From Roseiflexaceae bacterium (GTDB taxonomy: Bacteria; Chloroflexota; Chloroflexia; Chloroflexales; Roseiflexaceae), in the NCBI GenBank assembly GCA_042408595.1, contig JBHOQX010000107.1, positions 36,432 to 100,431 of the forward strand: 64,000 nt of DNA, in the 5' to 3' direction. This document shows, piece by piece, positions 40,821 to 53,304 of this stretch (the first letter of the stretch is position 1; each line of letters starts with the position of its first letter). A program made the translations under genes and the position numbers. Under the pieces are notes generated by a model, which was not told the origin of the DNA, did no database searches, and saw only the letters and a program-made list of their open reading frames with translations.

Positions 40821-41327
40821 ATGCACCGACACCTTGCTCCTCTTGGCCTGACCCTGCTCTTGCTTGCGGCCTGCAGCAACACGACGCCGCCCGCGCCGAC
40901 GGCGATCCCCGGGGCGCAGGTGGCCGTCACCGCCGCGCCGGCGCTGCCGGGGACGGTCATCCCGACCATGGCGCCGCGCCTCAACCCGAACCCCGCCGAG
41001 ACGCCCGTCATCGTGACCGGGCTGACGGTCGGCCCGGACGGCCACGAGATTGTCAGCATCGCCAATATCAGCGAGACCGACCAGCCGATCGGCCTGTGGT
41101 CGGTGTTCAACGAGCGCACGGGCGCGCATTTCGACTTCCCGGCGGACTTTGTGCTGAAGCCACAGCAGGTCGTAAAGGTGCATAGCGGCCCCGGCGCCGT
41201 CAACAACCCGCCCGGTGACCTGCTCTGGTCCACCGAGCGCCAGTGGACCGGGGACCAGGAGGATGTCATCCTGCTGAACCGCCCGGGCGCGGTGATGTAC
41301 CGCTTCGTCGCCGATCTTCGCAAGTAG
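40821..41327 (+). CDS. Lipoprotein with a lamin-tail-like (LTD) beta-sandwich domain
   Basis: Lipobox signal LLLLAACS. IANISETDQPIGLWSV...VILLNRPGAV is typical of LTD domains. Confidence 0.6.
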   Translation: MHRHLAPLGLTLLLLAACSNTTPPAPTAIPGAQVAVTAAPALPGTVIPTMAPRLNPNPAETPVIVTGLTVGPDGHEIVSIANISETDQPIGLWSVFNERTGAHFDFPADFVLKPQQVVKVHSGPGAVNNPPGDLLWSTERQWTGDQEDVILLNRPGAVMYRFVADLRK

Positions 41328-41567
41328 AGCAACCGACCTGCGCCTGGCAAGAGGAAGGGCAGGGTAGTGGAGGGTAGGAGCCAGGGCAGAACCTTCCCCA
41401 TCTTCAATCCGCATAGCGATCGGAAGTACTTCACATTGATGAGGCGATTAACCCAAAAGGGTTATTGCCGGGAATAGCTGGATCGCCTAGGATAGCAGTG
41501 GTGACAGGGACCGCGGAGGTTGCGCCTGTCGTCGCTATTCGTAACTACATCAAGCAAGGAGCACCGC

Positions 41568-43007
41568 ATGAAGCACTTCTCCCGCATCCTCGCCGCCGTC
41601 GCGCTACTGGGCGCGCTGGTGGCCGTGGTTGGGGTCGGGCCGCGCGCCACGCTGGCGGCGGGGCCGGCGCAATCGTCCACGATCAACGTCCTGAACCTGT
41701 CCAACAGCGACGCGACCATCCAGGTTTTCTACTACAACCCGGATGGCTCGCTGGCAACGATGGCGTCCGGCTACAGCAACCCGGATAACGACACCATCCC
41801 CGCCAACGCCTTCAAGGCCTATAACCCGATCCGCGCTGCGCCCGGTTTCAACGGATCGGTTGTGATCGCCTCGACCCAGGAGATCGCGGTGGTGTCGAAC
41901 ATCACGATCGCCTCGCCCGCGAGCGCTGTCGGCAGCTATGTGGGCATCAAGGCTGGCGGTCCGAAGGTCTACTTCCCGCTGGTGATGAAAGGCAATGCCG
42001 GGAACACCACGAATTTCAATGTGCAAAACACCGGCGCTTCGGCGGTGAACATCTCCATCCAGTTCGTGCCGGAGCCGGGTAGCAGCTACGCGTCCATCCC
42101 GACGGTCACCGATACCATCCAGCCGGGCGCTGCTAAGACCTACGACCAGGCGACGATGTCGCAGTTCAGCAGCGTCACCAAGTGGGTCGGCTCAGCGACA
42201 GTAACGGCGACATCCTCGGGCGGGACGATCGCCGGCGTGGCGAATATTGTTAATAGTTCGAACGCCAACGCGTATCGGCTCAGCACATACAACGCGTTCG
42301 GCGGCGGCTCGACGACCGTGCTGGCACCGCTGATCCAAGAGGCGAACAATGGTAACCGAACCTCGGTGAACTGCCAGAACCTCGGCAGCACGCCCACAAC
42401 GATCAACGTGGCCTATACCCCAGAGCCGGGCAACCCGAACAAGGCGTCGGAGTCCAAGTCGAACATCGTGCCGAACGGTATCGCTGTCTTCCTGCAGCTC
42501 GAATCGGGAGCGCAGAAGTTCGTCGGCTCGGCTACCATCACCTCGAGCCCGGCAGTGCCGCTGGCCTGTGTGATCAACCAGACACGCAGTGCGCTGGGGC
42601 GCGCTTCTTCGTATGAAGGCTTCGACCCGAGCACGGCGACGACGAAGATCGTCGTCCCGGTACTGCAGGGCTGCAACGGCAGCACAACGAATGGCTTCAA
42701 CTCGACGACGGTCAACGTCGCCTCGGTTGATGGTACGGCGGCAAACTTCACGATCGACTACAAGCCCGAGCCCGGGATCACCGATCCGCCGACGGCCAAC
42801 AAGAGCGGTGCGACGGCGGTCTTCAACCAGGCGCTGGCGTACAACTCCATTCCGTGTGGCCAGGCTGGTCAGCAGAAGTTCGTCGGCGGCGCGGTTGTAA
42901 CGGCGGATAAGCCGATTGTGGCGGTTGTCAACTTGGCGCGCGCTGGTGGTCCGTACACGGTGCGCGACACGCTCGCCACCTACGACGCGTTCAACGTCGC
43001 GCCGTAA
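41568..43007 (+). CDS. Secreted protein with four CARDB-like ~115-aa repeats
   Basis: Signal peptide MKHFSRILAAVALLGALVAVVG. Repeats each carry a VxNxGxxxxxI...PEPG signature. AAGGAG RBS 8 nt upstream. Confidence 0.65.
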   Translation: MKHFSRILAAVALLGALVAVVGVGPRATLAAGPAQSSTINVLNLSNSDATIQVFYYNPDGSLATMASGYSNPDNDTIPANAFKAYNPIRAAPGFNGSVVIASTQEIAVVSNITIASPASAVGSYVGIKAGGPKVYFPLVMKGNAGNTTNFNVQNTGASAVNISIQFVPEPGSSYASIPTVTDTIQPGAAKTYDQATMSQFSSVTKWVGSATVTATSSGGTIAGVANIVNSSNANAYRLSTYNAFGGGSTTVLAPLIQEANNGNRTSVNCQNLGSTPTTINVAYTPEPGNPNKASESKSNIVPNGIAVFLQLESGAQKFVGSATITSSPAVPLACVINQTRSALGRASSYEGFDPSTATTKIVVPVLQGCNGSTTNGFNSTTVNVASVDGTAANFTIDYKPEPGITDPPTANKSGATAVFNQALAYNSIPCGQAGQQKFVGGAVVTADKPIVAVVNLARAGGPYTVRDTLATYDAFNVAP

Positions 43008-43026
43008 GCAGCTGTCAGGTAGCAAG

Positions 43027-43064
43027 ACAGGTGGCGGTGTCAAACCGCCACCTGTTTTATTATG
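43027..43064 (+). terminator. Rho-independent terminator
   Basis: ACAGGTGGCGGT-GTCAAA-ACCGCCACCTGT perfect 12-bp stem followed by TTTATTAT, 20 nt after the stop codon. Confidence 0.85.
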
Positions 43065-43279
43065 CCCATCCCGAGCCCTCCAGGCTCGGGATAGGGGTAT
43101 AACTTCTCAGTTGAGAGGACGTACGCGGTGGGAAGGGTTGGCGCGGCGCGGCCCATCCAAGCCCTTTTTGGGGAACGCCGCCGCATCAGCTCTCCGTGGC
43201 GGGCCTGCGGCCCTCTATACCTCCTGCGCTGCAAGCGAGCGCGACCACGCCGTGTCAGTTGAGCGCTGCCTTGGCGGGT

Positions 43280-44248
43280 TCAGTGGCGCAGCAGCGCGAA
43301 GATCGCAGCCCAGACTAACTCAAAGATCATGACAAGCAACCGGGCGAGCACGGCGATCGCGATGGCCGTCGGCCAAGGCATAAACTGGCTGAGGAGATAG
43401 GCGGTTACCACTTGCCGCAGCGCCGGGACGGGCGCGAATTGCGCCAGCCAGCCAGCGAGCGCTGAGACAGCGGTGATATTCAGCATGGTTGGTATGAAGC
43501 TCGCGGGCAGATCGTAGACGCCAGCGGCGACGATAAAGTAAAATACCCCACTGTTCGCGAACAGCAGCACAAAGATCCCACTCCAGAGGAGCATGTCTCG
43601 CGGAGCAATCGGCGCGCTCAGCGGCTGCCGCCCCAGTCGCTGCAGCAGCGGATTGGCGACCCGCGTCAACAGCGCGGGCCGCAAGGCCAACAGCACGAGT
43701 GGAACCGGCAGCAGCCACGCCAGCACACCAGCACGGGCGGCCATTTGCGCTCCCGGACCATACCCAACGGTGAGGCCGGCGATGATCATCGCGCCGAGCA
43801 GAGTCGTTACAACCTCGTAGGACATCGCCAGCATTGTCGTACTCCGTGCGATGCCCCTCGCCGCATAGGATTCGGTGCGTGCACCGACAAAGGGCAGCGG
43901 CGTCGGCAGGCGGTTCGCCAGGTTCGTCAGGCAGAAGAGTCGCATGTGCGCTAGCATGGCGCGGTCGCCCGAGATATGCCGCATGATCAGCGCCCAGGCC
44001 AGCGCGGTGAGCAGCAGCCCGGCTGAATACAGGACGAACGCCAGCACCAGATTCCACGGGCGGATGTGCCAATCGTACGATCGAATCTGGCTCCAGTTCG
44101 TGACGATCCGATAGGCGATGTAGCTGAGCGTCAGCGCGATGGCCGCGATCCATGCGATCCGGGCGATACGCCGGGCGTGTGGGCGCACGGCCTGCCACAG
44201 GCGCAGCGGGTGCGAGGGCGACGCCGCCTTATCAGGAGAGTAGTTCAT
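43280..44248 (-). CDS. UPF0104 / lysylphosphatidylglycerol-synthase-TM-like flippase-family membrane protein
   Basis: Eight predicted TM helices. Its start overlaps the stop of the neighbouring GT-C gene. Confidence 0.6.
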   Translation of the reverse strand: MNYSPDKAASPSHPLRLWQAVRPHARRIARIAWIAAIALTLSYIAYRIVTNWSQIRSYDWHIRPWNLVLAFVLYSAGLLLTALAWALIMRHISGDRAMLAHMRLFCLTNLANRLPTPLPFVGARTESYAARGIARSTTMLAMSYEVVTTLLGAMIIAGLTVGYGPGAQMAARAGVLAWLLPVPLVLLALRPALLTRVANPLLQRLGRQPLSAPIAPRDMLLWSGIFVLLFANSGVFYFIVAAGVYDLPASFIPTMLNITAVSALAGWLAQFAPVPALRQVVTAYLLSQFMPWPTAIAIAVLARLLVMIFELVWAAIFALLRH

Positions 44249-46142
44249 ACAGAATCAGTTCCTGATCAGCAAATAGCTTACGTGCATGCCGATCGAGCAC
44301 GCCGTTCATAGTTGCGGTAAACTTCTGGCCGTAGGGGAGATTGTTGTAGCGACCGGGATTCTTCGTCGTAAAGATGATGTGCGTAAATCCCCGCGACAAA
44401 AGGTCATCCGCCAGTTCCTCTGGCGTGTCGTACTGCTCTAATCTGAGCGCCCGCTGGCTGATTGGGTTAGCCCAGGCATAGTCCCGGTCGAGATAATAGC
44501 CGCGCGACTCGTTCAACGCCAGCAGCACCCGGGCGTTCTGCGGCAACGCAGCGTTGGCGTAAGCGTAGATCTTATAGCCCGGCACCGTGCTAGCGAGAAA
44601 CTCCTGGCGGTCCTGTGCGCCCGACAGATACGGCCAGCGTGTCGCCAGGCGCGCCCGGTCGTCCGGCCGTACGGCCCACAGACTGGCGGCGAGGCCGGCC
44701 ACCAGCCCGGCCTGCACCGCCACCCGCCAGGCGCCGGCCCGGATGTGCCACAGCCAGTACGCACCGCCCGCACCTAGCAGCGCAAGCAGCGGCAGGATCG
44801 GCATCAGAAAGCGCGTCTGGTGGGTCTGAAGGAACCACGACGTATAAAAGATCAGCCAGAGCGCCGCGAACCAGCGCGCCATCCGCCGCTCAGGCGCGGG
44901 CAACAGGAAGAGCGCCGGCACAGCCAACAGGATCAGCGGGCGGAAGAGCCAGCCGACGTTCATCTGCGGCGGTCCGAACGGATGGGTTGTTGTTGTCGCG
45001 CGCCACATGTTCAACAGCCAGTTGGCGGGATCAAGCGGGGTGTTTGTGATGCGGATGTAGCCGAACAAATACTGTGAGCCGAGTTGGTCCCAATCGCGCG
45101 CGCCGAGCCATTCCTGAAAGAACGGCCAGAACGGGTTGCCGGTGAGCAGCCAGGTCTTCGTATACCACGGCGTGACCACCAGGAAGCCGACGAGCCCATA
45201 GCTGGCGAAAAGCCCGGCCGCGCGCCATGCGCTGGTCCGCCGGCCGACCAGCGCGATACCTCCAACCAGCGTCCCCAGAATGGCCGCCAGCACAGCGGCG
45301 TTCATCTTGGTGCTGGCGGCCAGCCCGGCGAAGATCGCCGAGAGCAGCCAGTTGGCCTGCGCTCCATCGTCCAGCCAGAGCAGAAAGGCGGCGATCGCCA
45401 GGAATGTGAACAGCGCCAGCGGCACTTCGACCAGACCGACGCCCGCCAGCGCGCCGGTCATCGGGGCCGTGGCGACCAGCGCGGCGGCGGCAAGCCCGGC
45501 CGCCCCGCCGAACGCGCGCCGCCCGGCCGCCCAGACCGCTACGCAAAGCAGCAAGAGCGCCAGCCAGGAGACCAAATGCGCCAGAATGTCCGCGCCGAGT
45601 AGGAGCCCGAGCATAGAGAGCATCTCGGTCTCCAGCGGCCAGTTGGAATAGGGGATGAACGGGATGTAGCGAATGCCGCCGTGCGCGATATACAGCTTGG
45701 GGATCGCCAGGTGGTACGCGACTTCATCCCAGGCGGCCGGCGGGACAAGCGCGTCCGCGAGCAGCGGGTAGAGGCAGCCCAGCGCGATGATCGACAGCAG
45801 GGCGGCAGCGAACCAGCCGGGCCGGGCGATAAGGCGCAACGATGCGAGCGCCGCACGATATGCCGCCCGCTGGCGGCGGATCTCCAGCAGCGCGAGCAGG
45901 GCCGCGAGCGCCAGAAGCATCCAGGCGAATCGCGGCCGGAGCAGCCCGAGCGCACCGAGGCCAAGGGCGAGATGCCCCAGGCTACCCAGGCCAAGCGCCG
46001 TGGCGAAGATATAGAACTCGGGCCGTGCCCGGTCGCGCCAGCCGAGCAGATGCGTCAGCGGTGCGCCAACCCCGAATGCAGCGATCAGTACAAGTGCCAA
46101 CAAGGCGAACGAAGACCCGACCAGTTGGGCAAACGCGGCCAT
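44232..46142 (-). CDS. GT-C family membrane glycosyltransferase (GT39/ArnT/PMT-like)
   Basis: Polytopic. DE motif in the first loop (AAWDEVAYHLAIPKLY). Long C-terminal soluble domain. Confidence 0.7.
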   Translation of the reverse strand: MAAFAQLVGSSFALLALVLIAAFGVGAPLTHLLGWRDRARPEFYIFATALGLGSLGHLALGLGALGLLRPRFAWMLLALAALLALLEIRRQRAAYRAALASLRLIARPGWFAAALLSIIALGCLYPLLADALVPPAAWDEVAYHLAIPKLYIAHGGIRYIPFIPYSNWPLETEMLSMLGLLLGADILAHLVSWLALLLLCVAVWAAGRRAFGGAAGLAAAALVATAPMTGALAGVGLVEVPLALFTFLAIAAFLLWLDDGAQANWLLSAIFAGLAASTKMNAAVLAAILGTLVGGIALVGRRTSAWRAAGLFASYGLVGFLVVTPWYTKTWLLTGNPFWPFFQEWLGARDWDQLGSQYLFGYIRITNTPLDPANWLLNMWRATTTTHPFGPPQMNVGWLFRPLILLAVPALFLLPAPERRMARWFAALWLIFYTSWFLQTHQTRFLMPILPLLALLGAGGAYWLWHIRAGAWRVAVQAGLVAGLAASLWAVRPDDRARLATRWPYLSGAQDRQEFLASTVPGYKIYAYANAALPQNARVLLALNESRGYYLDRDYAWANPISQRALRLEQYDTPEELADDLLSRGFTHIIFTTKNPGRYNNLPYGQKFTATMNGVLDRHARKLFADQELILYELLS

Positions 46143-46163
46143 ACGGCTCCTACGCTACCGGCT

Positions 46164-47090
46164 TCACGAAGGCTTGCGTGCAAAGAAGACAACCGATGAA
46201 CCAAAACCCAGCCTGCGTAGCGGAAACAAAAGCGGCGCACTGGCGACGCGCGCCGCCGCGGAGCGCGCCAGTCGCTGCGCCACGCGTGCTAGCCTCGCCC
46301 GCTGCTGGGCCTCTAGCCACGCGCTGAGACTATCCATGAATGCGCTGTAGTCACTCCCTAGCTGTGCGCGCGCGATCTCGTCGAAGCCACTCCGCCTCAG
46401 TTGCCGCGCTAGCACCTGTGCTGAGAAGCCGAACAGATGCTGCGGCGCCTCATACCCGACCCACCAGCGGCCGAATAGCCGGGCTTCGATCGAGCTCGGA
46501 TCGGGGACCTTGAGGGCCACCCAGCCGCCAGGGCGTAGTATACGCCAGATCTCGCGGAGGTGCGCCGCTGGATCATCGACATGCTCCAGCACGTCCCACA
46601 TCGTCACAACATCAAAACTTCCGTCGGGAAAGCCGGCTTCGAGCAGCGTCCCCTGAAAGATGTGCAGACCGAAGCGTTGTCGCGCGTACTCCGCTGCGGT
46701 GGCAACCGGCTCAACACCCTGCACCTGCCAACGCCCGTGCTGCCGCATCTCGTCGAGAAAAACCCCTGTGGCGCAGCCAACATCGAGCAGGCAGCCGTGC
46801 GATTGGCGATGCATGATTGCACGGCACCGCCGCTGTACACCGTACCGGAGTGCCCACCGTCGGAAGGCCGAGGGTTGGTCGGCGATCGCGCCGATAAACG
46901 GATGATATGAATCAGGGTAGTGGCGTGCTAGCTCTGCCCGGTCGGGGCGTGGATTGAGATACAGCAGCCCGCACACGCGGCAGCGAACCAGTGTGAACTC
47001 CCCCGGCAGGCGCAGCCGTATGTCGGTCAGGGTGTGGACAACCTGCGCGGAGTCGGCCCCGCAGAAATTACATGTAACGTGCTGCATCAT
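46164..47090 (-). CDS. Class I SAM methyltransferase with an N-terminal CxxC...CxxC zinc ribbon
   Basis: CNFCGAD...CRVCGL zinc ribbon. Motif I LLDVGCATGV. VVTMWDVLEHV. LRPGGWVALKVP. The ORF-track entry 46164..47519 is over-extended; the start is at MMQHV (47090). Confidence 0.75.
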   Translation of the reverse strand: MMQHVTCNFCGADSAQVVHTLTDIRLRLPGEFTLVRCRVCGLLYLNPRPDRAELARHYPDSYHPFIGAIADQPSAFRRWALRYGVQRRCRAIMHRQSHGCLLDVGCATGVFLDEMRQHGRWQVQGVEPVATAAEYARQRFGLHIFQGTLLEAGFPDGSFDVVTMWDVLEHVDDPAAHLREIWRILRPGGWVALKVPDPSSIEARLFGRWWVGYEAPQHLFGFSAQVLARQLRRSGFDEIARAQLGSDYSAFMDSLSAWLEAQQRARLARVAQRLARSAAARVASAPLLFPLRRLGFGSSVVFFARKPS

Positions 47091-47283
47091 GCTAGGCCCG
47101 AGGGGGCCTTCCTCCACTCTCAGATGTAGGGTTTTCCGCAGCGCAGGAGCATGGTGTAAAGGGTTTTTAGGGCGAGGCGTCCATCGGTTACGATGGTGGT
47201 TACCAGGCCAACCTATCGTCAGGAGGATGGATGCCCCGCCCACCAGGATTATCGTAATGGGAGCAGACCGTGTCAACCTACCT

Positions 47284-48198
47284 GCCGTACGTAAGCCGTC
47301 CGCAGCCATGCGTGCTGAGTCTGTATAGCTTTGGGCTCCTCCTTGCCCAGCATTGTGGTCTGACGCAGGTCGCCGTCCTCTAGGCGGCGCTGCTTGACCG
47401 GTCAGACGCGGCGACGCGCGAACAACTGCGCGACTGGTACCGCGATGCCGCCCACAAACGCGGGGCCAAACGCGGCGACAAACGCCGCAGCCTCGTGGTG
47501 CAGGACTGTTTTGCCCCATTGTTCCGGTGGGTGCTGACGCTGTATCCGCCCCACTGCCACCACCGTGCGCTCGCTATGGATGCCTCGACCTTGGGGCAGC
47601 GCTTTACCATCCTCAGCATCACCGTGCCGGTGCATGGCTGCGCCATTCCCATCGCCTGGCGCGTGGTTGAGGCCACGCGTGCTGGGGCCTGGCGCCCGCA
47701 TTGGGAAGCGCTGTTTGGCCAGTTCGCCGGTGTTGTCCCGTCCGACTGGACGGTGATCGTGACCGCCGACCGTGGTTTGTACGCCAGTGGCTGTTTACGA
47801 CCATCACGGCGCTTGGCTGGCACCCGTCGCTCCGCATCAAGCGCCAAGGCACGTATTGTCCTGTCGGAACGACTACGTTTCGACCGCTCAGCGGCGTCGT
47901 GACGCAGGGCGGGATGCCGTAGCAGGGCCGCGTGACCTATTTTGTGATCAAGGAGCGCCAACTGGCCTGCACCCTGTTGGCGCGGTGGGATGCAGGCTTT
48001 ACCGACCCCTAGTTGATCCTGACCGACCTTGCCCCTGCGCAGGCCGATGGAGCCTGGGACGGCCTGCCTGCCTGGATTGAAGGCGGCTACAAGGACGCGA
48101 CACGCGGCGGCTGGCATTGGGAACAGACCAAGATGACCGACCGCAACGGGCAGAACGGCTCTAGCTCGTCATGGCCGTCGCACCCTTGTGGTTGGTAA
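47284..48198 (+). pseudogene. Degenerate IS4/IS701-like DDE transposase
   Basis: Transposase-like segments are split across three frames with internal stops. They include ALAMDASTL (first D region), VIVTADRGLYAS..LGWHPSLRIK (second D) and AWIEGGYKDATRGGWHWEQTKMTD (E/K region). The N-terminus is missing. Confidence 0.6.
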
Positions 48199-48472
48199 GC
48201 GTCGGCAGCGCCGCCGAGGTCGCGCAACCCCCAGTCGCCTCGCACGATGCTGCCCCCACCCCATATCGCGCGCCGCACGGCGAGCGGTCGCCGCCCGGTT
48301 CGTCAACTGAGCTGCTTTCACCGCGGACGCCTGCTGCTGGTGACGGCGCTGATCCGCGGGCACGCGTTGCCATCGATGCACGTAGTGCCCGAGCCGTGGC
48401 CAAAAGTCTTGACACCCATATCCACCACCCCGAGGCCTATCGACCGCTTCCCAATGCGGCATAACAAAAACC

Positions 48473-49369
48473 CTACACCTGAGAGGCCTCCCTCCATCCC
48501 TGCCACAGACCTTCAATATACGGACGAATCTGGTCGTGCTGGCCGCGCAGCAGATCGTGCGCGATCCGCCTCGCGGCGATGACAGCAATGGCCACGTAGG
48601 TCAGCCACGGATGCGGGCCATGGGGGTGGCGGCGGTAGAAGCGCACCCGGTTGCGCGCGCGGATGCGCCGGATGGCTGCTGATTCCTTTCTGGTACTGAG
48701 CGACACTTTGTGGTAAACCACGGCTCTGCCGACATAGGTGATTCGGAACCCACGATCACGCGCCCGGCGACAGAAATCGGAGTCTTCGTAGTACATAAAC
48801 CAAGATTCGTCAAACAGGCCGATGATGTCGAACAACGCCGCCCTGATGAGCATCGCGCAGCCGCTCACGTAATCGAACTCGATCGTCCGGTGATAGCGCG
48901 CTCCATCGTGGCGTCGGACACCGAAGCTCAGCGGCAGCGGTAGCCAGCGATACATCCGGTCGCCGGCGCGGTACAGGCGTGATGGATCGGCGAAGAGCAG
49001 CACTCTCGGCGCAGCGATGCCGATATCCGGGTTGGCCTCCATCTCACGGACGAGGGTCGCCAGCGCGTCCGGATCGACGATGGTGTCGTTGTTGAGGGCG
49101 AAAACATAGGCTGCGCCGAGCGCGCGGGCGTGCTCGATGCCGTCGTTGAGCGCCGCCGCGTAGCCGCCGTTCTCGGCGCGGGCGATGACATGCGCCTCGG
49201 GGAAGCGCGCCCGCACTAGCGCGACCGAATCGTCGGTCGAGGCGTTGTCCACGACGACGATCTGGTGTCGCGAGTAGCGCGCGCGCCGTAGTGACTCAAG
49301 ACACGCGGCGAGATCGTCGCGCAGGTTCCAGTTTGGGATGACAGTTACGACCAGCGGCTCAGACATCAC
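48473..49369 (-). CDS. Glycosyltransferase family 2, candidate polyprenyl-phosphate sugar synthase
   Basis: VVTVIPNWN...VVVDNASTDDS...ALNNDT (DxD). About 298 aa, a size typical of GtrB/ArnC/Ppm1-like enzymes. Its ATG overlaps the stop of the upstream GT4 (ATGA). Confidence 0.75.
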   Translation of the reverse strand: MMSEPLVVTVIPNWNLRDDLAACLESLRRARYSRHQIVVVDNASTDDSVALVRARFPEAHVIARAENGGYAAALNDGIEHARALGAAYVFALNNDTIVDPDALATLVREMEANPDIGIAAPRVLLFADPSRLYRAGDRMYRWLPLPLSFGVRRHDGARYHRTIEFDYVSGCAMLIRAALFDIIGLFDESWFMYYEDSDFCRRARDRGFRITYVGRAVVYHKVSLSTRKESAAIRRIRARNRVRFYRRHPHGPHPWLTYVAIAVIAARRIAHDLLRGQHDQIRPYIEGLWQGWREASQV

Positions 49370-50565
49370 TATAACTGCTCCTGCAACGCCGACGCAGGAT
49401 TCAGCACTCGCTCATACACACCGTAGGTGCAGGCCATCATCCGATCGAGGCTGAAGCGCTCGACGCTCTCCAGCCCCGCTGCCGCCAGCCGCTGGCGCAG
49501 TGCTGCGTCTTGCAGCAGGCGGATAATCGCCTGTGCCAGGGCATCCGGCACGTCCGGCACGACGAGCAGGCCGTTGCGCTCGTGTTCCACGATCTCCGGA
49601 ATGCCGCCCACCCGCGCGCCGACGACCGGCACGCCAGCGGCCATGGCTTCGAGCAGCGCCACGCCGAATGCCTCGGTGAGCGACGGCAGCGCGAAGACAT
49701 CGGCGGCAGCGTAGCTGGCGACCAGTTCCTCCTGCCTTTGCAGCCCCAGGAAGCGCACCGCGCCGGCGACGCCTTCGGCCCGCGCCAGCGCCTGCATCCG
49801 GCCCACCGCGGTGTCCCGCCCGACGACGCACAACTCGGCGTCCGGCGCGGCGCGCCGCACCAGCGGCATGGCGCGAATCAGCGTGGGCAGCCCCTTGCGC
49901 TGCATGTTGCCGCCGACAAACAACACCCGCGGCGGGTGCGGCGGCAGCGCGGCCCGCAGCGCGCGGGCGGCCCGGTAGCGCGTCGGGTCGACACTCTTGT
50001 AGCACATATGCAGCCGCTCCGGCTTCACCCGGTAGGCGGCGGCGACCGCTCGCGCGGTGTAGCGGCTGTTCGCCATCACCGCCGTGAGCCGCGGCAGCGC
50101 GATGCGCTCGGCGAGGCGCACGGCGTGGTAGTAGGCCCAGCGCGCCGCCCAGTCGTGATAGTAGCGGCGGTAGTAGGCAAGCGAGCGGACCTCGGCGGCG
50201 TAGGTGTCGTTCACGTTCCCGACCGCCGGCGCGGGGGCGCGGCACAGCAGCGACTCGCGGGCGTCGGTGAAATGCACCAGATCGAAGCGCTCGCGCCGCT
50301 CCGCTTCCGCCAGCGCCCGCCCGAAGCTGCGGCTGAGCGAGACCCAGCGCGCCTGCGAGTCGGCCAGGCGGGCGGGCGGGACGCCGATGTAGTTGAGCGG
50401 CAGCCCGGCCTCCGGCCGCTGATCCTCCGGCCCAATCACGGTGACGCGGTGGCCGTCTGCGGCCAGGCGCGCCGCCAGGTTCCGGGTGTGCAACCCGATC
50501 CCGCTCAGCACCGAGCGAAACTGCTGCGTGACGATGCAGATGGAGAGGGGCTCTGTCTCGGCCAT
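49369..50565 (-). CDS. Glycosyltransferase family 1 (GT4)
   Basis: The start is taken at MAETEPLSICIVTQQF. GT4 core LFVGGNMQRKGL...FALPSLTEAFGVALLEAMAAGVPVV. Confidence 0.8.
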   Translation of the reverse strand: MAETEPLSICIVTQQFRSVLSGIGLHTRNLAARLAADGHRVTVIGPEDQRPEAGLPLNYIGVPPARLADSQARWVSLSRSFGRALAEAERRERFDLVHFTDARESLLCRAPAPAVGNVNDTYAAEVRSLAYYRRYYHDWAARWAYYHAVRLAERIALPRLTAVMANSRYTARAVAAAYRVKPERLHMCYKSVDPTRYRAARALRAALPPHPPRVLFVGGNMQRKGLPTLIRAMPLVRRAAPDAELCVVGRDTAVGRMQALARAEGVAGAVRFLGLQRQEELVASYAAADVFALPSLTEAFGVALLEAMAAGVPVVGARVGGIPEIVEHERNGLLVVPDVPDALAQAIIRLLQDAALRQRLAAAGLESVERFSLDRMMACTYGVYERVLNPASALQEQL

Positions 50566-50642
50566 ACTGTGTGTGATCCGTGTTGCGTCATCCGTAACCC
50601 CACCTCCGACCGCCGGTGAAGCCCACAACTCAAAACTCAGAA

Positions 50643-53162
<2,520 letters not shown>

Positions 53163-53192
53163 GCCGCGCTAACCCCGGGCTTCCGTCAGCAT

Positions 53193-53207
53193 CGGCGCAT
53201 TATAGCG
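53193..53207 (-). promoter_or_regulatory. Putative promoter of the GT-C gene (minus strand CTTTTGCGCTATAAT)
   Basis: -10 TATAAT on the minus strand ~35 nt upstream of the start. The same TTTTGCGCTA motif recurs upstream of the neighbouring propeller gene (55713..55727). Confidence 0.35.
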
Positions 53208-53242
53208 CAAAAGAGTGGCACCATGGCGTGATGCACCAATGA

Positions 53243-53279
53243 ACACTGGACGGCGGACGCCCGGCGTCCGCCGTCCAGT
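53243..53279 (-). terminator. Perfect 18-bp inverted repeat downstream of the propeller-protein gene
   Basis: CACTGGACGGCGGACGCC / GGCGTCCGCCGTCCAGTG, located ~25 nt after the stop on the minus strand. Confidence 0.55.
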
Positions 53280-53304
53280 GGCCCCGGCCTGCCGTCCGAC
53301 GCCG

